Part shown: positions 46,655 through 57,603 of the stretch, piece after piece
Numbering within the stretch: position 1 is the first letter of the stretch
Layout: every line of letters begins with the position of its first letter
Assembly: GCA_016214345.1 (NCBI GenBank)
Contig: JACROR010000009.1
Coordinates: 66,447 to 130,446 of the forward strand
Source: Candidatus Niyogibacteria bacterium
GTDB lineage: Bacteria > Patescibacteriota > Minisyncoccia > JACROR01
Reading direction: 5' to 3'
DNA: 64,000 nt
Position numbers and translations under genes: made by a program
Notes under the pieces: generated by a model
What the model was told of the DNA's origin: nothing
Seen by the model: the letters and a program-made list of their open reading frames with translations, nothing else
The model's database searches: none

Positions 46655-48757
46655 ATGGCAGAGGATTATCCCATAAGTAAAATTCGCGATATAGGCATTA
46701 TCGCCCATATTGACGCGGGCAAGACCACGGTCTCCGAGCGCGTGCTTTTTTATACGGGAGTTTCTTATAAAATAGGCGAGGTGCATGAAGGCGAAGCGGT
46801 GATGGATTGGATGGAACAGGAACAGGAACGCGGCATCACCATTACTTCCGCGGCAACCACTTGTTTTTGGACGCCGACTTACGTCAAAGGAGATAAAGAA
46901 CAAGAGTATCGCATAAATATCATAGACACGCCCGGGCACGTGGATTTTACGGTAGAGGTGGAGAGATCGCTTCGCGTGTTGGACGGCGGAGTCGTGGTTT
47001 TTGACGGTGTGGCCGGAGTGGAGCCGCAGTCCGAGACAGTGTGGAGGCAGGCGGATAAATACAAAGTTCCGCGCATTTGTTTTGTGAACAAATTGGATCG
47101 CATGGGAGCGAATTTTGAAAAATCTTATAATTCCATTTTGGAACGCTTGACGCCGAATGCCATTCCCGTAACGCTGCCTATCGGCGCGGAGGAAAATTTT
47201 GCAGGCATTATTAATTTGCTGGATATGCAGGCTTATTATTTTGAAGGCGAACACGGAGAAAATGTGATAAAGAAAGCCATTCCCGATGATCTGAAAGCCG
47301 AAGCGGACAAGTGGCGAGCCAAATTGGTGGAAAAAGCGGCGGAGTGCGACGACGAGTCAATGAATAAATATTTGGAAGGCAAAGAAATTTCCGATCCAGA
47401 ATTAAAAGCGGCGATTCGCAAGGGCTGTCTGGCTTATACGCTTATACCGGTATTTTGCGGTTCGGCCTTGAAAAATAAAGCGGTTCAGTTCATGTTGGAC
47501 GGCGTGGTGGATTTTTTACCTTCTCCTTTGGATGTTCCTCCCATTAAAGGCTTGAATCCGAATACGGAAGAAACCATAGAGCTGGTGGCGGACGACAAAG
47601 CTCCGTTCACGGCGCTCGCTTTTAAATTGCAAAACGATCCTTTCGTGGGCCAGCTGACCTATTTTCGCGTTTATTCCGGAGTGTTGAAGCCGAGTTCTTA
47701 TGTGCTTAATTCCACCACCGGAGAAAGAGAGCGCATAGGCAGGATACTTCGCATGCATGCCAATCACCGGGAAGAGGTGGAAGAAATCAGCGCCGGCGGT
47801 ATCGGGGCCATCATAGGACTTAAAAATACCAAGACCGGAGACACGCTTTGCGATGAGAATCGTCCCGTGGTTTTGGAAGCGATAGAATTCCCGGAACCGG
47901 TGGTGTCTTTGCGTATTGAGCCGAAAACCAAAGCGGATCAGGAAAAATTGGGATTGGCCATACGGCGGCTTGCCATGGAAGATCCGACTTTTAAGGTAAA
48001 GTCCGATCCCGATACCCTGGAAACCATTATTTCCGGCATGGGTGAATTGCATTTGGAAGTTTTGGTGGACAGGATGAGGCGGGAATTTAAAGTGGAAGCC
48101 AATACCGGCAAGCCGCAGGTGGCTTATAAAGAAACCGTCAAGAAGACGGCGGAGGCCGAAGGCAAGTACATCAAGCAATCCGGCGGCCGCGGCCAATACG
48201 GCCATGTGAGGCTGCGCATTGAAGCGTTGCCGCGCGGGACTGGTTTTGAATTTGAAAACGAGATTAAGGGAGGATCGGTGCCGCAAGAATTCATTCCAGC
48301 GATTGAAAAAGGGGTGCGCGAAGCGCTAGATCGCGGCGTTTTGTCCGGACATCCATTAGTGGATATACGGATCGCGCTCTACGACGGGTCTTACCACGAA
48401 GTGGATTCTTCCGAGGCCGCTTTCAAAATTGCGGCGTCCATGGCTTTGCAAGAGGTGGCAAAACGGGCTTCTCCTATTATATTAGAGCCCATCATGAAGG
48501 TGGAGGTGGTGACCCCGGAAAAATTTTTAGGCGACATTACGGGAAGTTTGAGTTCCAAGCGGGGGCGTATTGAAAATATGAGCGACAGATATAATACCAA
48601 AGTTATAGACGCGCAGGTGCCGCTTTCTGAAATGTTCGGCTATGTTACGGCGCTTCGTTCCATGAGCGAAGGACGGGCCACTTATACCATGGAGTTTTTG
48701 CGTTATGACGAGGTGCCGCAAAGCGTTGCCGCGCTTATTATAGAAGGTAAAAAATAA
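46655..48757 (+). CDS. fusA: Elongation factor G
   Basis: GTPase motifs [17 protein letters not shown]; 700 aa. Confidence 0.97.
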   Translation: MAEDYPISKIRDIGIIAHIDAGKTTVSERVLFYTGVSYKIGEVHEGEAVMDWMEQEQERGITITSAATTCFWTPTYVKGDKEQEYRINIIDTPGHVDFTVEVERSLRVLDGGVVVFDGVAGVEPQSETVWRQADKYKVPRICFVNKLDRMGANFEKSYNSILERLTPNAIPVTLPIGAEENFAGIINLLDMQAYYFEGEHGENVIKKAIPDDLKAEADKWRAKLVEKAAECDDESMNKYLEGKEISDPELKAAIRKGCLAYTLIPVFCGSALKNKAVQFMLDGVVDFLPSPLDVPPIKGLNPNTEETIELVADDKAPFTALAFKLQNDPFVGQLTYFRVYSGVLKPSSYVLNSTTGERERIGRILRMHANHREEVEEISAGGIGAIIGLKNTKTGDTLCDENRPVVLEAIEFPEPVVSLRIEPKTKADQEKLGLAIRRLAMEDPTFKVKSDPDTLETIISGMGELHLEVLVDRMRREFKVEANTGKPQVAYKETVKKTAEAEGKYIKQSGGRGQYGHVRLRIEALPRGTGFEFENEIKGGSVPQEFIPAIEKGVREALDRGVLSGHPLVDIRIALYDGSYHEVDSSEAAFKIAASMALQEVAKRASPIILEPIMKVEVVTPEKFLGDITGSLSSKRGRIENMSDRYNTKVIDAQVPLSEMFGYVTALRSMSEGRATYTMEFLRYDEVPQSVAALIIEGKK

Positions 48758-48996
48758 TTTATGAAGAATGAAGATTTGCCTGCCGGTGAGGCAGGAAAAA
48801 GCGTATCTGAAGAATTGTTGGCTGATGATTTGGAGTTTGACTCTGATTTGTCCAGCTTGCCCGTATAATTAAAAGCGAAAAACTACACGGGGTTGACGAA
48901 AAATTTTATTTGTATAGAATAGAGCATAGTTGCAATTTTGCAATATTTTATTTATTATAAAGTGTAATTATTAAATAGTAATTAAAGTTAAATAAT

Positions 48997-50190
48997 ATGG
49001 CAGAAAAATTTGAACGCACTAAGCCGCATGTCAACGTAGGAACTATCGGTCACGTTGATCACGGCAAAACCACTCTTACGGCGGCTATTTTGCACGTCCT
49101 TAATTTGGCGGGCAATAAAGTTAAGTTGGAAAAAATTGAGGATATTGATAAAGCTCCGGAAGAAAGACAGCGCGGCATTACCATTTCTTTGCATCATTCC
49201 GAATATGAAACCGCCAAGAGGCATTACGCGCACATTGATGCCCCGGGGCACGCCGATTATATAAAGAACATGATCACCGGAGCCGCTCAGATGGACGGCG
49301 CCGTTCTCGTGGTTTCCGCCGCTGACGGTCCCATGCCTCAAACCAGAGAGCACATTTTGCTCGCTCGTCAGGTTGGCGTTCCTTCCATTGTCGTATTTTT
49401 GAATAAAGTTGACATGGTGGACGATCCGGAATTGATCGATCTGGTTGAGTCCGAAGTGAGAGAGTTGTTGAACAAATATAAATTCCCCGGAGACAAAACT
49501 CCTATTATCAGAGGATCCGCTTTGAAGGCGTTGGAATCCAAGTCGGTTGACGACGAATACGCCAAGGGCATTTTGGAATTGGTAAAACAGTTGGACGAAT
49601 ATATACCCGAACCGGTCAGAGATATTGATAAGCCGTTTTTGATGCCCATTGAAGACATTTTCTCCATTGAAGGACGCGGCACTGTGGTTACGGGCAGGAT
49701 TGAGCGAGGTAAAGTTAAAGTTAATGAAGAGGTGGAGATCGTGGGATTGAAAGATACCGCGAAGACCGTGGTTACCGGAATTGAAATGTTCAATAAATCT
49801 TTGGATGAAGGATTGGCCGGAGATAACGCGGGCATTTTGTTGCGAGGTTTGAAGAAAGAAGACGTGGAAAGAGGCCAGGTTGTGGCGCACGTCGGTTCCA
49901 TTACTCCTCATACGGAATTTGATACCGAGGTTTATATTTTGACCAAAGAAGAGGGAGGCCGACACACCCCGTTTTTCAGCGGTTACAAGCCGCAATTCTA
50001 TATACGAACCACGGATGTAACGGGAGACGCGGCTTTGCCTGAAGGCATGGAGATGGTTATGCCCGGAGATACGGTTAATTTGCGCGTGAAATTGATCGCG
50101 CCGGTCGCGTTGGAGGAAAAACAGAGGTTTGCCATCCGCGAAGGAGGTAGGACGGTGGGTGCCGGAGTGGTAACGAAGATACTGAAATAA
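48997..50190 (+). CDS. tuf: Elongation factor Tu
   Basis: [18 protein letters not shown]; 397 aa. Confidence 0.97.
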   Translation: MAEKFERTKPHVNVGTIGHVDHGKTTLTAAILHVLNLAGNKVKLEKIEDIDKAPEERQRGITISLHHSEYETAKRHYAHIDAPGHADYIKNMITGAAQMDGAVLVVSAADGPMPQTREHILLARQVGVPSIVVFLNKVDMVDDPELIDLVESEVRELLNKYKFPGDKTPIIRGSALKALESKSVDDEYAKGILELVKQLDEYIPEPVRDIDKPFLMPIEDIFSIEGRGTVVTGRIERGKVKVNEEVEIVGLKDTAKTVVTGIEMFNKSLDEGLAGDNAGILLRGLKKEDVERGQVVAHVGSITPHTEFDTEVYILTKEEGGRHTPFFSGYKPQFYIRTTDVTGDAALPEGMEMVMPGDTVNLRVKLIAPVALEEKQRFAIREGGRTVGAGVVTKILK

Positions 50191-50263
50191 TTTTGCGAAT
50201 AAAGGCCGCCAGTCTCGCTTCGGATCGGCGGCTTAGTTCTTAGAAAAAGAAGCAATTAAAAAA

Positions 50264-50605
50264 ATGAGCAAGGTTGCATCTAAAAAGAATGAAGTCGCGA
50301 ATCAGAAGCTTCGCATAAGAGTGCGGGCTTATGATCACAAGATTTTGGACAAAGGGGTGAAACAGATCGTTGACGCCGCGCTTCGTTACGGAGCGGAGAT
50401 CACCGGTCCTGTCCCGTTGCCGACCGAGATCAGAAAATACACGGTCAACCGTTCTACTTTCGTGCACAAGAATGCGAGGGAACAGTTTGAAATGCGCGTG
50501 TACAAGCGGTTGGTGGATATTTTGAGTCCGTCTTCCAAGATCATTGACGCGCTAACGGACTTGAGTCTGCCGGCGGGAGTGGATATAGATGTAAAGATGA
50601 TGTAG
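50264..50605 (+). CDS. rpsJ: 30S ribosomal protein S10
   Basis: KLRIRVRAYDHKILD... Confidence 0.95.
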   Translation: MSKVASKKNEVANQKLRIRVRAYDHKILDKGVKQIVDAALRYGAEITGPVPLPTEIRKYTVNRSTFVHKNAREQFEMRVYKRLVDILSPSSKIIDALTDLSLPAGVDIDVKMM

Positions 50606-50626
50606 AAGTTGGAAGAGGATACTTTA

Positions 50627-50656
50627 AAAGCCCCGGGTATCCCCGGGGCTTTTTTA
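50627..50656 (+). terminator. Strong intrinsic terminator/attenuator between rpsJ and rplC
   Basis: AAAAGCCCCGGG-TATC-CCCGGGGCTTTT plus T-run. Confidence 0.65.
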
Positions 50657-50670
50657 AATAAATTAAGCAT

Positions 50671-51291
50671 ATGGCGTTCATTTTAGGATTAAAGAAAGAT
50701 ACATTGCAGATATTTGATGAAGAAGGCATGGCTATGCCGGCTACTTTGGTTGAAGCGGGACCCGTGGTAGTGAGCCAGTTGCGCACTAAAGAGCGGGATG
50801 GCTATAAGGCCGTGCAGGTAGGTTTTGGCACTAAAAAACATTTAAACAAGCCCCAACGCTCGCAGTATAAAGATCTGGGAAGTTTTCGGTATGTTAAGGA
50901 GTTCAGGACGGGCGATACGGACAAAGCTGATTTTAATTTGGGCGATAAGATAACGGTGGAAGCGTTTAAGGAGGGCGACAAGGTAAATGTTGCCGGAACG
51001 GTCAAAGGCAGGGGGTTCCAAGGCGTGGTCAAAAGGCATGGTTTTCACGGAGGCCCGCGAACTCACGGTCAGAAACATTCGGAGCGCGAACCGGGTTCCA
51101 TCAGCGGAGGCGGAGGAAGGCCGGGAGGAAGAGTGGCCAAAGGCATGCGCATGGCTGGACGCATGGGCGGGAACCGCATTACCGTTAAAAATTTAAAAAT
51201 ATTGCAGATCGATACGAAAAATAATTTCTTCGTGATTTCCGGCGCGGTGCCGGGCGCGCGAGGTTCATTGTTAGAGATACGGACTAAATAA
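50671..51291 (+). CDS. rplC: 50S ribosomal protein L3
   Basis: Conserved L3 sequence. Confidence 0.95.
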   Translation: MAFILGLKKDTLQIFDEEGMAMPATLVEAGPVVVSQLRTKERDGYKAVQVGFGTKKHLNKPQRSQYKDLGSFRYVKEFRTGDTDKADFNLGDKITVEAFKEGDKVNVAGTVKGRGFQGVVKRHGFHGGPRTHGQKHSEREPGSISGGGGRPGGRVAKGMRMAGRMGGNRITVKNLKILQIDTKNNFFVISGAVPGARGSLLEIRTK

Positions 51292-51303
51292 TAATAGAAC
51301 ATC

Positions 51304-51954
51304 ATGAAAGCCACTGTTTACAGCCAAAAAGGAGAAAAAACCGGAAGCCTGGAATTGCCGAAAGAAGTTTTCGGTTTGAATTGGAACGCGAATTTGATCC
51401 ATCAAGTGGTTTTGGCTCTTCAGGCAAACCAGAGAGTGGTTATCGCGCATGCCAAGGGGAGAGGCGAGGTGAGAGGCGGAGGCAGAAAACCATGGAAGCA
51501 GAAAGGCACTGGCCGCGCTCGCCATGGTTCCACGCGTTCGCCCATTTGGGTGGGAGGAGGCGTTACGCACGGTCCGGTAAAAGAAAAGATCTACGCGCAG
51601 AAGCTGAACAAGAAAATGAAAGCCAAAGCTTTTTTGGTATCACTTTCTCGAAAATTCAAAGACAATGAGATTGTTTTTTTGGATTCTTTTAAAACCGGCC
51701 CCAAAACCAAAGAAGCCGTCGCGGTTTTTAAGGATTTGAGAAAAATAGAGGGTTTGAATAAACTGGGCAAGCAAGGCGGAAGAGCGCTGGTTTTATTGCC
51801 GCAACGCGAATCGGATACGGTCATGGCCATGCATAACTTGCCCTTTGCGGATGTGGCCGCGGCGCGTAATTTAAGTATTCTGGACATATTGACTTATAAA
51901 TATTTAATTTTGTCCGCGGAGGCCGTAACGGCTTTGCCAACGGGAAAAAAATAA
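51304..51954 (+). CDS. rplD: 50S ribosomal protein L4
   Basis: Conserved L4 sequence. Confidence 0.95.
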   Translation: MKATVYSQKGEKTGSLELPKEVFGLNWNANLIHQVVLALQANQRVVIAHAKGRGEVRGGGRKPWKQKGTGRARHGSTRSPIWVGGGVTHGPVKEKIYAQKLNKKMKAKAFLVSLSRKFKDNEIVFLDSFKTGPKTKEAVAVFKDLRKIEGLNKLGKQGGRALVLLPQRESDTVMAMHNLPFADVAAARNLSILDILTYKYLILSAEAVTALPTGKK

Positions 51955-51963
51955 ATTATTACC

Positions 51964-52416
51964 ATGAGCTTGTTAAATTTATTCAAAGACAAAGAAAAAA
52001 AAGAGAAGAAGCGGTATACCGAACGAGCCAAGGGTAAGACTATTGCCGCGGAAAAAACAGCCACTTCAGAAAAGAAAGAAGGAGCGGATTCAGGCAGGCC
52101 GCTTATTAAAGAAGGGCGGCAGGCCGTGGGCGTAATTTATGCTCCGCATATCACGGAAAAGGCCACTTATTTGAGCGAGTCCTTGCCTCGCGGAGAAAAT
52201 GCCGGAGGACATTATGTTTTTACGGTAAATAATGACGCTAATAAGCAAATGGTGAAACAGGCGGTGGAAGGAATGTACGGAGTTTCCGTGGAGAAAGTAA
52301 GAATTTTGGCTAAGCGGTCAAAGTTAAGATTAAAGCGGGGAACCTATGGTTATAAATCAGGCAGTAAAAAGGCCATAAAAAAAAAAAAAAAAGGTGATAA
52401 AATTGAATTCGTATAA
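51964..52416 (+). CDS. rplW: 50S ribosomal protein L23 (with Lys-rich N- and C-terminal extensions)
   Basis: Core VIYAPHITEKAT...; 150 aa, against the usual ~95. Confidence 0.85.
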   Translation: MSLLNLFKDKEKKEKKRYTERAKGKTIAAEKTATSEKKEGADSGRPLIKEGRQAVGVIYAPHITEKATYLSESLPRGENAGGHYVFTVNNDANKQMVKQAVEGMYGVSVEKVRILAKRSKLRLKRGTYGYKSGSKKAIKKKKKGDKIEFV

Positions 52417-52419
52417 ATT

Positions 52420-53262
52420 ATGGCAATAAAGACTTACAAACCAACCACGCCGTCACGCAGGCAAATGAGCGGAATTTTATACCGCGGCGTTTTAAGCAAG
52501 AACGGGCCGGAAAAAAGCCTGGTTTCGGGGTTTAAGCGCCACGTGGGAAGAAATGCCGACGGGCGCATAACCGTCCGCCATAAAGGCGGAGGGCATAAAC
52601 GGCTTTGGAGAATGGTGGATTTCAAGTTGGACAAAAAAGACATGCCGGCCCGGATAAAAAGTCTGGAATACGATCCTAACCGTACCGCGTTCATCGCTTT
52701 GGTGGTTTATCAGGATGGCGAGAAGCGATACATGGTTGTGCCCGAAGGAGTGAAGGAAGGAGATAAGCTGACGGCGTCTTCCAAAGCCGAGGTTGTTCCG
52801 GGCAATCGTATGCCGTTGGGCAACATTCCGGTAGGCACGCAGGTTTATAATATAGAATTGAAACCGAATACCGGCGCGCGCATGGTGAGATCCGCCGGCA
52901 GCGCGGCTATTATTTTGGCGCACGATGAAGGACTCACGCAGATCAAATTGCCTTCGCGGGAAGTGCGAAAGATCAATTCGCTCTCTTGGGCGAGCATAGG
53001 CCAAGTTTCCAATTTCGGACATAACTTGGTGGTATTGGGCAAAGCGGGAAGATCGCGCTGGAAAGGCGTCCGTCCCACGGTGCGAGGCTCGGCCATGAAT
53101 CCGGTTGATCATCCCTATGGAGGTGGAGAAGGCCGCCAAGGAGCGGGAATGGCGAGAACCAGGAATCTTTGGGGCAAGGGCACCCGAGGAGTCAAAACCA
53201 GGCATCCGAAAAAATATTCCAATTTATTCATAATCAGCCGCAGGCAATCAAAATCTAAATAA
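52420..53262 (+). CDS. rplB: 50S ribosomal protein L2
   Basis: Conserved L2 sequence. Confidence 0.95.
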   Translation: MAIKTYKPTTPSRRQMSGILYRGVLSKNGPEKSLVSGFKRHVGRNADGRITVRHKGGGHKRLWRMVDFKLDKKDMPARIKSLEYDPNRTAFIALVVYQDGEKRYMVVPEGVKEGDKLTASSKAEVVPGNRMPLGNIPVGTQVYNIELKPNTGARMVRSAGSAAIILAHDEGLTQIKLPSREVRKINSLSWASIGQVSNFGHNLVVLGKAGRSRWKGVRPTVRGSAMNPVDHPYGGGEGRQGAGMARTRNLWGKGTRGVKTRHPKKYSNLFIISRRQSKSK

Positions 53263-53265
53263 AAC

Positions 53266-53586
53266 ATGACCAGATCATCCAAAAAAGGTCCTTATATGGA
53301 CGCTAAATTGATGAAGAAAGTAAGCAAGGCGGTACGCGGCAAGCCTATTAAGACTTGGGCGAGAAATTCCACGATCTCTCCGGAGATGGTGGGGTATGCT
53401 TTCGCGGTGCATAATGGAAAAGATTTTATTGAAGTGCAGATCGCCGAAGAAATGGTCGGACATGTATTGGGTGAATTCAGTCCCACCAAGAAATTTACGC
53501 GGCACGGAGGAAAGATGCAGAAAGAGATAGAGGCAAAAGCCAAAGTTGCCGAAATGGAAAAGGCCAAGGCGGCTAAAGCCGCGTAA
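53266..53586 (+). CDS. rpsS: 30S ribosomal protein S19
   Basis: Conserved S19 core; Ala/Lys-rich C-terminal extension. Confidence 0.95.
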   Translation: MTRSSKKGPYMDAKLMKKVSKAVRGKPIKTWARNSTISPEMVGYAFAVHNGKDFIEVQIAEEMVGHVLGEFSPTKKFTRHGGKMQKEIEAKAKVAEMEKAKAAKAA

Positions 53587-53597
53587 TTATTGCAAAT

Positions 53598-53948
53598 ATG
53601 ACGGAAATAACCGCAAAATTAAAACATTTGCGCATAGCACCGAGAAAGGCGCGCAAAATAGCGGACATTATTCGCGGAAAGAACGCGAAGGCTTCTTTGA
53701 GGCAATTGGGGTTCGTAACCCAGCGTTCCGCGGCGCCTTTGAAAAAGTTGTTGTCTTCCGCCATGGCCAACGCCAAAAATAATTTCAGTATTAAGGACGA
53801 CGCGGGGCTTTATGTGAAAGAAATCAGAGTAGATGAAGGTCCGGTTTTGAAAAGGTCTATGCCGCGCGCTTTCGGACGCGCCACGGTCTTGAGAAAAAGA
53901 ACTTCCCATATTTCGCTTGTTTTGGCGGATAAGCCGGATAAAAAATAA
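53598..53948 (+). CDS. rplV: 50S ribosomal protein L22
   Basis: Conserved L22 sequence. Confidence 0.95.
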   Translation: MTEITAKLKHLRIAPRKARKIADIIRGKNAKASLRQLGFVTQRSAAPLKKLLSSAMANAKNNFSIKDDAGLYVKEIRVDEGPVLKRSMPRAFGRATVLRKRTSHISLVLADKPDKK

Positions 53949-53956
53949 ATATTTAT

Positions 53957-54631
53957 ATGACACATACAGTTCATCCATATGCATACCGGCTTCAAACCAT
54001 ACGCGACTGGAAATCGCGCTGGGGCCGCACCAAGCAATACAAGCAATTCTTAAAAGCGAGCGTGGTTGTCCGGGAGTGGCTGGAAACGAGATTGCGCGGA
54101 ATGTTCGTAGACGAAATAGACATAGAATGCTCGCCCAACCTTTTCAGTCTGGCCATAAGGACTTCCCGTCCGGGAGTTATTATCGGCAAGGGCGGAGAGG
54201 GTATTGAGAAATTGAAAAAAGAGCTCGCCAAGAAGCTGGCACGTTTGAAATTGGGAGAGTTTAAAGAGATAAGGGTGGCGGTGGAAGAAGCAAAATTCCC
54301 GGAATCCCGATCCAGGATTATAGCGCAGATGGTGGCGGAGAGCCTGGAAAAACGTCTGCCTTTCCGGCGCGTTATGAAGCAGGTAATTGAAAGAAGTATG
54401 GCGTCCCGGGAGGTGAAGGGCATCAAAGTCGCGTTAAATGGCCGGTTAGGAGGAGCGGATATGAGCCGATCGGAGTGGTTGCGCGAAGGACAGATCCCTT
54501 TGCAGACTTTGCGCGCGGATATTGATTTTGCCAAAGAGAAAGCGCACATGCCATACGGCGATATCGGCATAAAGGTTTGGATATACCGAGGCGAGGTGTT
54601 TTCCGATAATCAAGGAGCGCAGCGACTATAA
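53957..54631 (+). CDS. rpsC: 30S ribosomal protein S3
   Basis: KH + S3-C domains. Confidence 0.95.
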   Translation: MTHTVHPYAYRLQTIRDWKSRWGRTKQYKQFLKASVVVREWLETRLRGMFVDEIDIECSPNLFSLAIRTSRPGVIIGKGGEGIEKLKKELAKKLARLKLGEFKEIRVAVEEAKFPESRSRIIAQMVAESLEKRLPFRRVMKQVIERSMASREVKGIKVALNGRLGGADMSRSEWLREGQIPLQTLRADIDFAKEKAHMPYGDIGIKVWIYRGEVFSDNQGAQRL

Positions 54632-54639
54632 TTATCGAG

Positions 54640-54737
54640 AACCCCGCCCTCTATGGGCGGTCGGTGGATGGCAAATAAAAACAGATCAGTTTTCAAATTA
54701 AGATTAGTTTATAAATAGCAATTTTGAGGGCGGGGTG
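54640..54737. mobile_element. ~98-bp MITE-like insertion or structured spacer between rpsC and rplP
   Basis: 11-bp terminal inverted repeats AACCCCGCCCTC / GAGGGCGGGGT flank a 74-nt AT-rich core; rpsC and rplP are normally adjacent. Confidence 0.4.
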
Positions 54738-54778
54738 ATGATTTTCCAAATCTCGCCTTGCTCGATAAGAAAATCAAG

Positions 54779-55192
54779 CATATGTTGTTACCCAAAAAAG
54801 TTAAACATCGCAAATGGCAGAGAATGAGAAATTTTTCCCGCAAAATAGCCAGCCGGGGAACGACTGTTGCTTTTGGAAGTTTCGGTCTTAAAACCGATGA
54901 CGCGTACGAAATTTCTTCCCGGCAGATAGAGGCGGCCCGTAAAACCATCACCCGTTATGTGCAGAAAACCGGCAGAATGTGGATCCGCATTTTTCCCGAT
55001 AAGCCTTTAACCAGCAAACCGAATGTGCGCATGGGCAAGGGCAAGGGGGATCCGGTAGGATATGTCGCCGTGGTTCAGCCCGGGCAAGTTTTGTTTGAAA
55101 TAGATGGAATTTCAATAGAGCTGGCCAAAGAAGCGCTTCGTAAGGCGGGAAGCAAGCTTCCGGTAAAAACTAAGTTCGTGGTACGAGTATGA
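54779..55192 (+). CDS. rplP: 50S ribosomal protein L16
   Basis: Start at [11 protein letters not shown]; the ORF track begins 21 nt earlier, inside the inserted element. Confidence 0.93.
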   Translation, partial: HMLLPKKVKHRKWQRMRNFSRKIASRGTTVAFGSFGLKTDDAYEISSRQIEAARKTITRYVQKTGRMWIRIFPDKPLTSKPNVRMGKGKGDPVGYVAVVQPGQVLFEIDGISIELAKEALRKAGSKLPVKTKFVVRV

Positions 55193-55425
55193 AAATAAAA
55201 GAATTACGGCAAAAATCCGAAGCGGAGCTTCAAAATCTGCTGGACAAATCAAGGGATCGGCTGATACAATTCAAATTTAACGTTTCTTTGGGCAAAGAAA
55301 AGAATGTTAAAGAAGCCAGGACGCTGCGAAGAGATATCGCGCGTATTTTTACCCTGTTAAATCCGCCAAAGGCGGTGCGGAGCAATTTAACAGGGTTAAC
55401 CATTATTAATCAATCCGAAAAATAA
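55189..55425 (+). CDS. rpmC: 50S ribosomal protein L29
   Basis: [18 protein letters not shown]... Confidence 0.9.
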   Translation: MKIKELRQKSEAELQNLLDKSRDRLIQFKFNVSLGKEKNVKEARTLRRDIARIFTLLNPPKAVRSNLTGLTIINQSEK

Positions 55426-55427
55426 CC

Positions 55428-55670
55428 ATGTTGCATTTGGGAGCAAAAACTTTAAAAGGCGAAGTAGTGTCCGCGTCTATGAAAAAAACGGTAGTGGTTT
55501 CTGTGGGAAGATACGTGCAGCATCCGAAATACAAGAAGTACATGAGGACAACCAAGCGTTACAAGGCGCATGACGAAAAAGGCGAGTATAAAGTTGGCGA
55601 TAAAGTTTTGATCCGAGAATGCAGACCGCTTTCCAAGGAAAAACGTTTTGTAGTTATCGGTAAATATTAA
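55428..55670 (+). CDS. rpsQ: 30S ribosomal protein S17
   Basis: Conserved S17 sequence. Confidence 0.93.
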   Translation: MLHLGAKTLKGEVVSASMKKTVVVSVGRYVQHPKYKKYMRTTKRYKAHDEKGEYKVGDKVLIRECRPLSKEKRFVVIGKY

Positions 55671-55672
55671 TT

Positions 55673-56041
55673 ATGATACAGCCGAGATCAATGTTAAACG
55701 TAGCTGATAATACCGGCGCCAAGCTGGTGGCGTGTATTAAGGTATTGGGAGGAACGCGCAGACGTTACGCTCGCTTGGGCGATATAGTGGTGGTTTCCGT
55801 AAAAAGCGCCGAGCCGCGTAAGATCGCCAAGAAAAAGGAAGTTTTGAAAGCGGTGGTGGTGCGCCAACGCAGCCCGTACCGAAGAAAAGACGGTTCAGTC
55901 ATTCGTTTTGACGATAACGCGGTGGTTATCATTGATAACAACAAAGAACCGAAAGGCGGGCGTATTTTCGGCCCGGTGCCAAGAGAACTCCGCGAAAGAG
56001 GTTTTGCCAAAATTATATCCTTAGCCTCCGAAGTAATATGA
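55673..56041 (+). CDS. rplN: 50S ribosomal protein L14
   Basis: [17 protein letters not shown]... Confidence 0.95.
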   Translation: MIQPRSMLNVADNTGAKLVACIKVLGGTRRRYARLGDIVVVSVKSAEPRKIAKKKEVLKAVVVRQRSPYRRKDGSVIRFDDNAVVIIDNNKEPKGGRIFGPVPRELRERGFAKIISLASEVI

Positions 56042-56352
56042 TCAAAGGATTGAAAAAAAATGATACCGTATTTGTGTTGGCCGGCAAAGACAGGGGAAAG
56101 TCCGGAAAAATCACACACGTGTTTCCTAAATTGGAGAAAATAATCGTGGATGGTGTAAACACGGTGCGCAAGCATAGGCGCCCCAAACGTTCCGGAGAGA
56201 AAGGAAGCGTAGTGCAAGTAGCCATGCCGTTGCGGGCGTCCAACGTGATGTTGAAATGCGCGAAATGCGGAGCGGCAACGCGCATCGCTTGGAAAGTCGT
56301 GGAAGGATCCGCCAAAGCCAGAATTTGTAAAAAATGCGACCATGAATTTTAA
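56038..56352 (+). CDS. rplX: 50S ribosomal protein L24 (with C-terminal Zn-ribbon)
   Basis: KOW motif; CAKCGAAT...CKKCDHEF. Confidence 0.9.
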   Translation: MIKGLKKNDTVFVLAGKDRGKSGKITHVFPKLEKIIVDGVNTVRKHRRPKRSGEKGSVVQVAMPLRASNVMLKCAKCGAATRIAWKVVEGSAKARICKKCDHEF

Positions 56353-56878
56353 AGAAAATTTCCAAAAAGAAATAGTTCCCGCCATGATGAAAAAGTTTAG
56401 TTATAAAAACAAACTGGCAGTTCCGCGTTTGATGAAGATTACGGTTAATACGGGCATCGGCCGTTTTAGCGACAATGCCCAGCGGCTGGATATCAAGAAG
56501 ATGTTGGAAAAGATAGTCGGTCAGAAGATTGTGGAAAGAGGAGCCAAGCAAGCCATAGCGTCTTTTAAGACGAGACAGGGGAGCATAGTCGGATATTCCG
56601 CCACTTTGCGCGGCAAGCGGATGCAGGATTTCTTTGAGCGTACTGTCGGATACGCCATACCCAGAATAAGAGACTTTCGCGGCATTAATACAAAATCCGT
56701 GGATCAGGGGGGCAATTTGAGTTTGGGATTCAAGGAGAGTCTTGTTTTTCCGGAGATTATCGGCGAAGATGTAAAGACTATATTCGGTTTGGAGGTCACT
56801 TTCGTGACCAATGCCAAAAGTCGGGAAGAGGCGTTGGAATTGTTCAGGCTCATGGGCGTTCCGCTTATTAAGGGTTAA
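56342..56878 (+). CDS. rplE: 50S ribosomal protein L5
   Basis: Conserved L5 sequence. Confidence 0.95.
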   Translation: MNFKENFQKEIVPAMMKKFSYKNKLAVPRLMKITVNTGIGRFSDNAQRLDIKKMLEKIVGQKIVERGAKQAIASFKTRQGSIVGYSATLRGKRMQDFFERTVGYAIPRIRDFRGINTKSVDQGGNLSLGFKESLVFPEIIGEDVKTIFGLEVTFVTNAKSREEALELFRLMGVPLIKG

Positions 56879-56955
56879 TCCCGTTAAATTGTCCGGCAAG
56901 GACAGACACCGGCTTCGCCGGATTTAACAGGGTGAAAATATTTTAATAAATTAGC

Positions 56956-57141
56956 ATGGCTAAAACATCAGTCGTAGAAAGAGCAAAAAAGAAACCGAAA
57001 TATTCCACGCGCATAGTGCGTCGTTGTTTTCGTTGCGGACGCAAACACGGATTTTTGCGCGATTTTGATTTGTGCAGGATTTGTTTTCGGGAGTTGGCCA
57101 ATGAAGGATTATTGCCGGGGATCAAGAAATCCAGCTGGTAA
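56956..57141 (+). CDS. rpsZ: 30S ribosomal protein S14 type Z (Zn-ribbon)
   Basis: 61 aa; [23 protein letters not shown]. Confidence 0.93.
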   Translation: MAKTSVVERAKKKPKYSTRIVRRCFRCGRKHGFLRDFDLCRICFRELANEGLLPGIKKSSW

Positions 57142-57150
57142 TTAAAATTT

Positions 57151-57540
57151 ATGGATACCATATCTGACATGTTAATAAGGATCAAGAACGCGCAAGCCGT
57201 CAAAAAAGACAGCGTGGAAGTTCCGCATTCCAAATTAAGAATGGAAATAGCCAAAATTTTGCAAACCCGCGGCTTCATAGGAGAAATAGCCAAACGCGGC
57301 AAAAAATTGCGCAAAAGCATCAGCATTAATTTGGCGTACGGCGAGGATGGAGCGGGTAAAATAAACGGATTACGCCGTTTATCCAAATTGTCAAAGCGAG
57401 TTTATAAATCAGCGCGTGAATTGCGTCCCGTGCGTAATGGTACCGGCATGGCTATAATTTCCACTTCTAAGGGTTTGGTGACCGATGACGAGGCGCGTAA
57501 GAAGCACTTGGGAGGCGAGGTATTTTTTGAAATTTGGTAA
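57151..57540 (+). CDS. rpsH: 30S ribosomal protein S8
   Basis: Conserved S8 sequence. Confidence 0.95.
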   Translation: MDTISDMLIRIKNAQAVKKDSVEVPHSKLRMEIAKILQTRGFIGEIAKRGKKLRKSISINLAYGEDGAGKINGLRRLSKLSKRVYKSARELRPVRNGTGMAIISTSKGLVTDDEARKKHLGGEVFFEIW

Positions 57541-57603
57541 TGGCTTGGCTCATCATTTTTGTTCCGCTTTTGAGCGAGGCAAAAATGACGATTGCCAAAC
57601 ATT

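Noticed and set aside
48761-48868. 35-aa acidic ORF between fusA and tuf (MKNEDLPAGEAGKSVSEELLADDLEFDSDLSSLPV)
   Set aside because: No recognisable RBS, while most genes here have GGAGG-type SDs. It sits where the tuf promoter (TTGACG...TAGAAT ~48885-48913) is expected. Kept only as a note.
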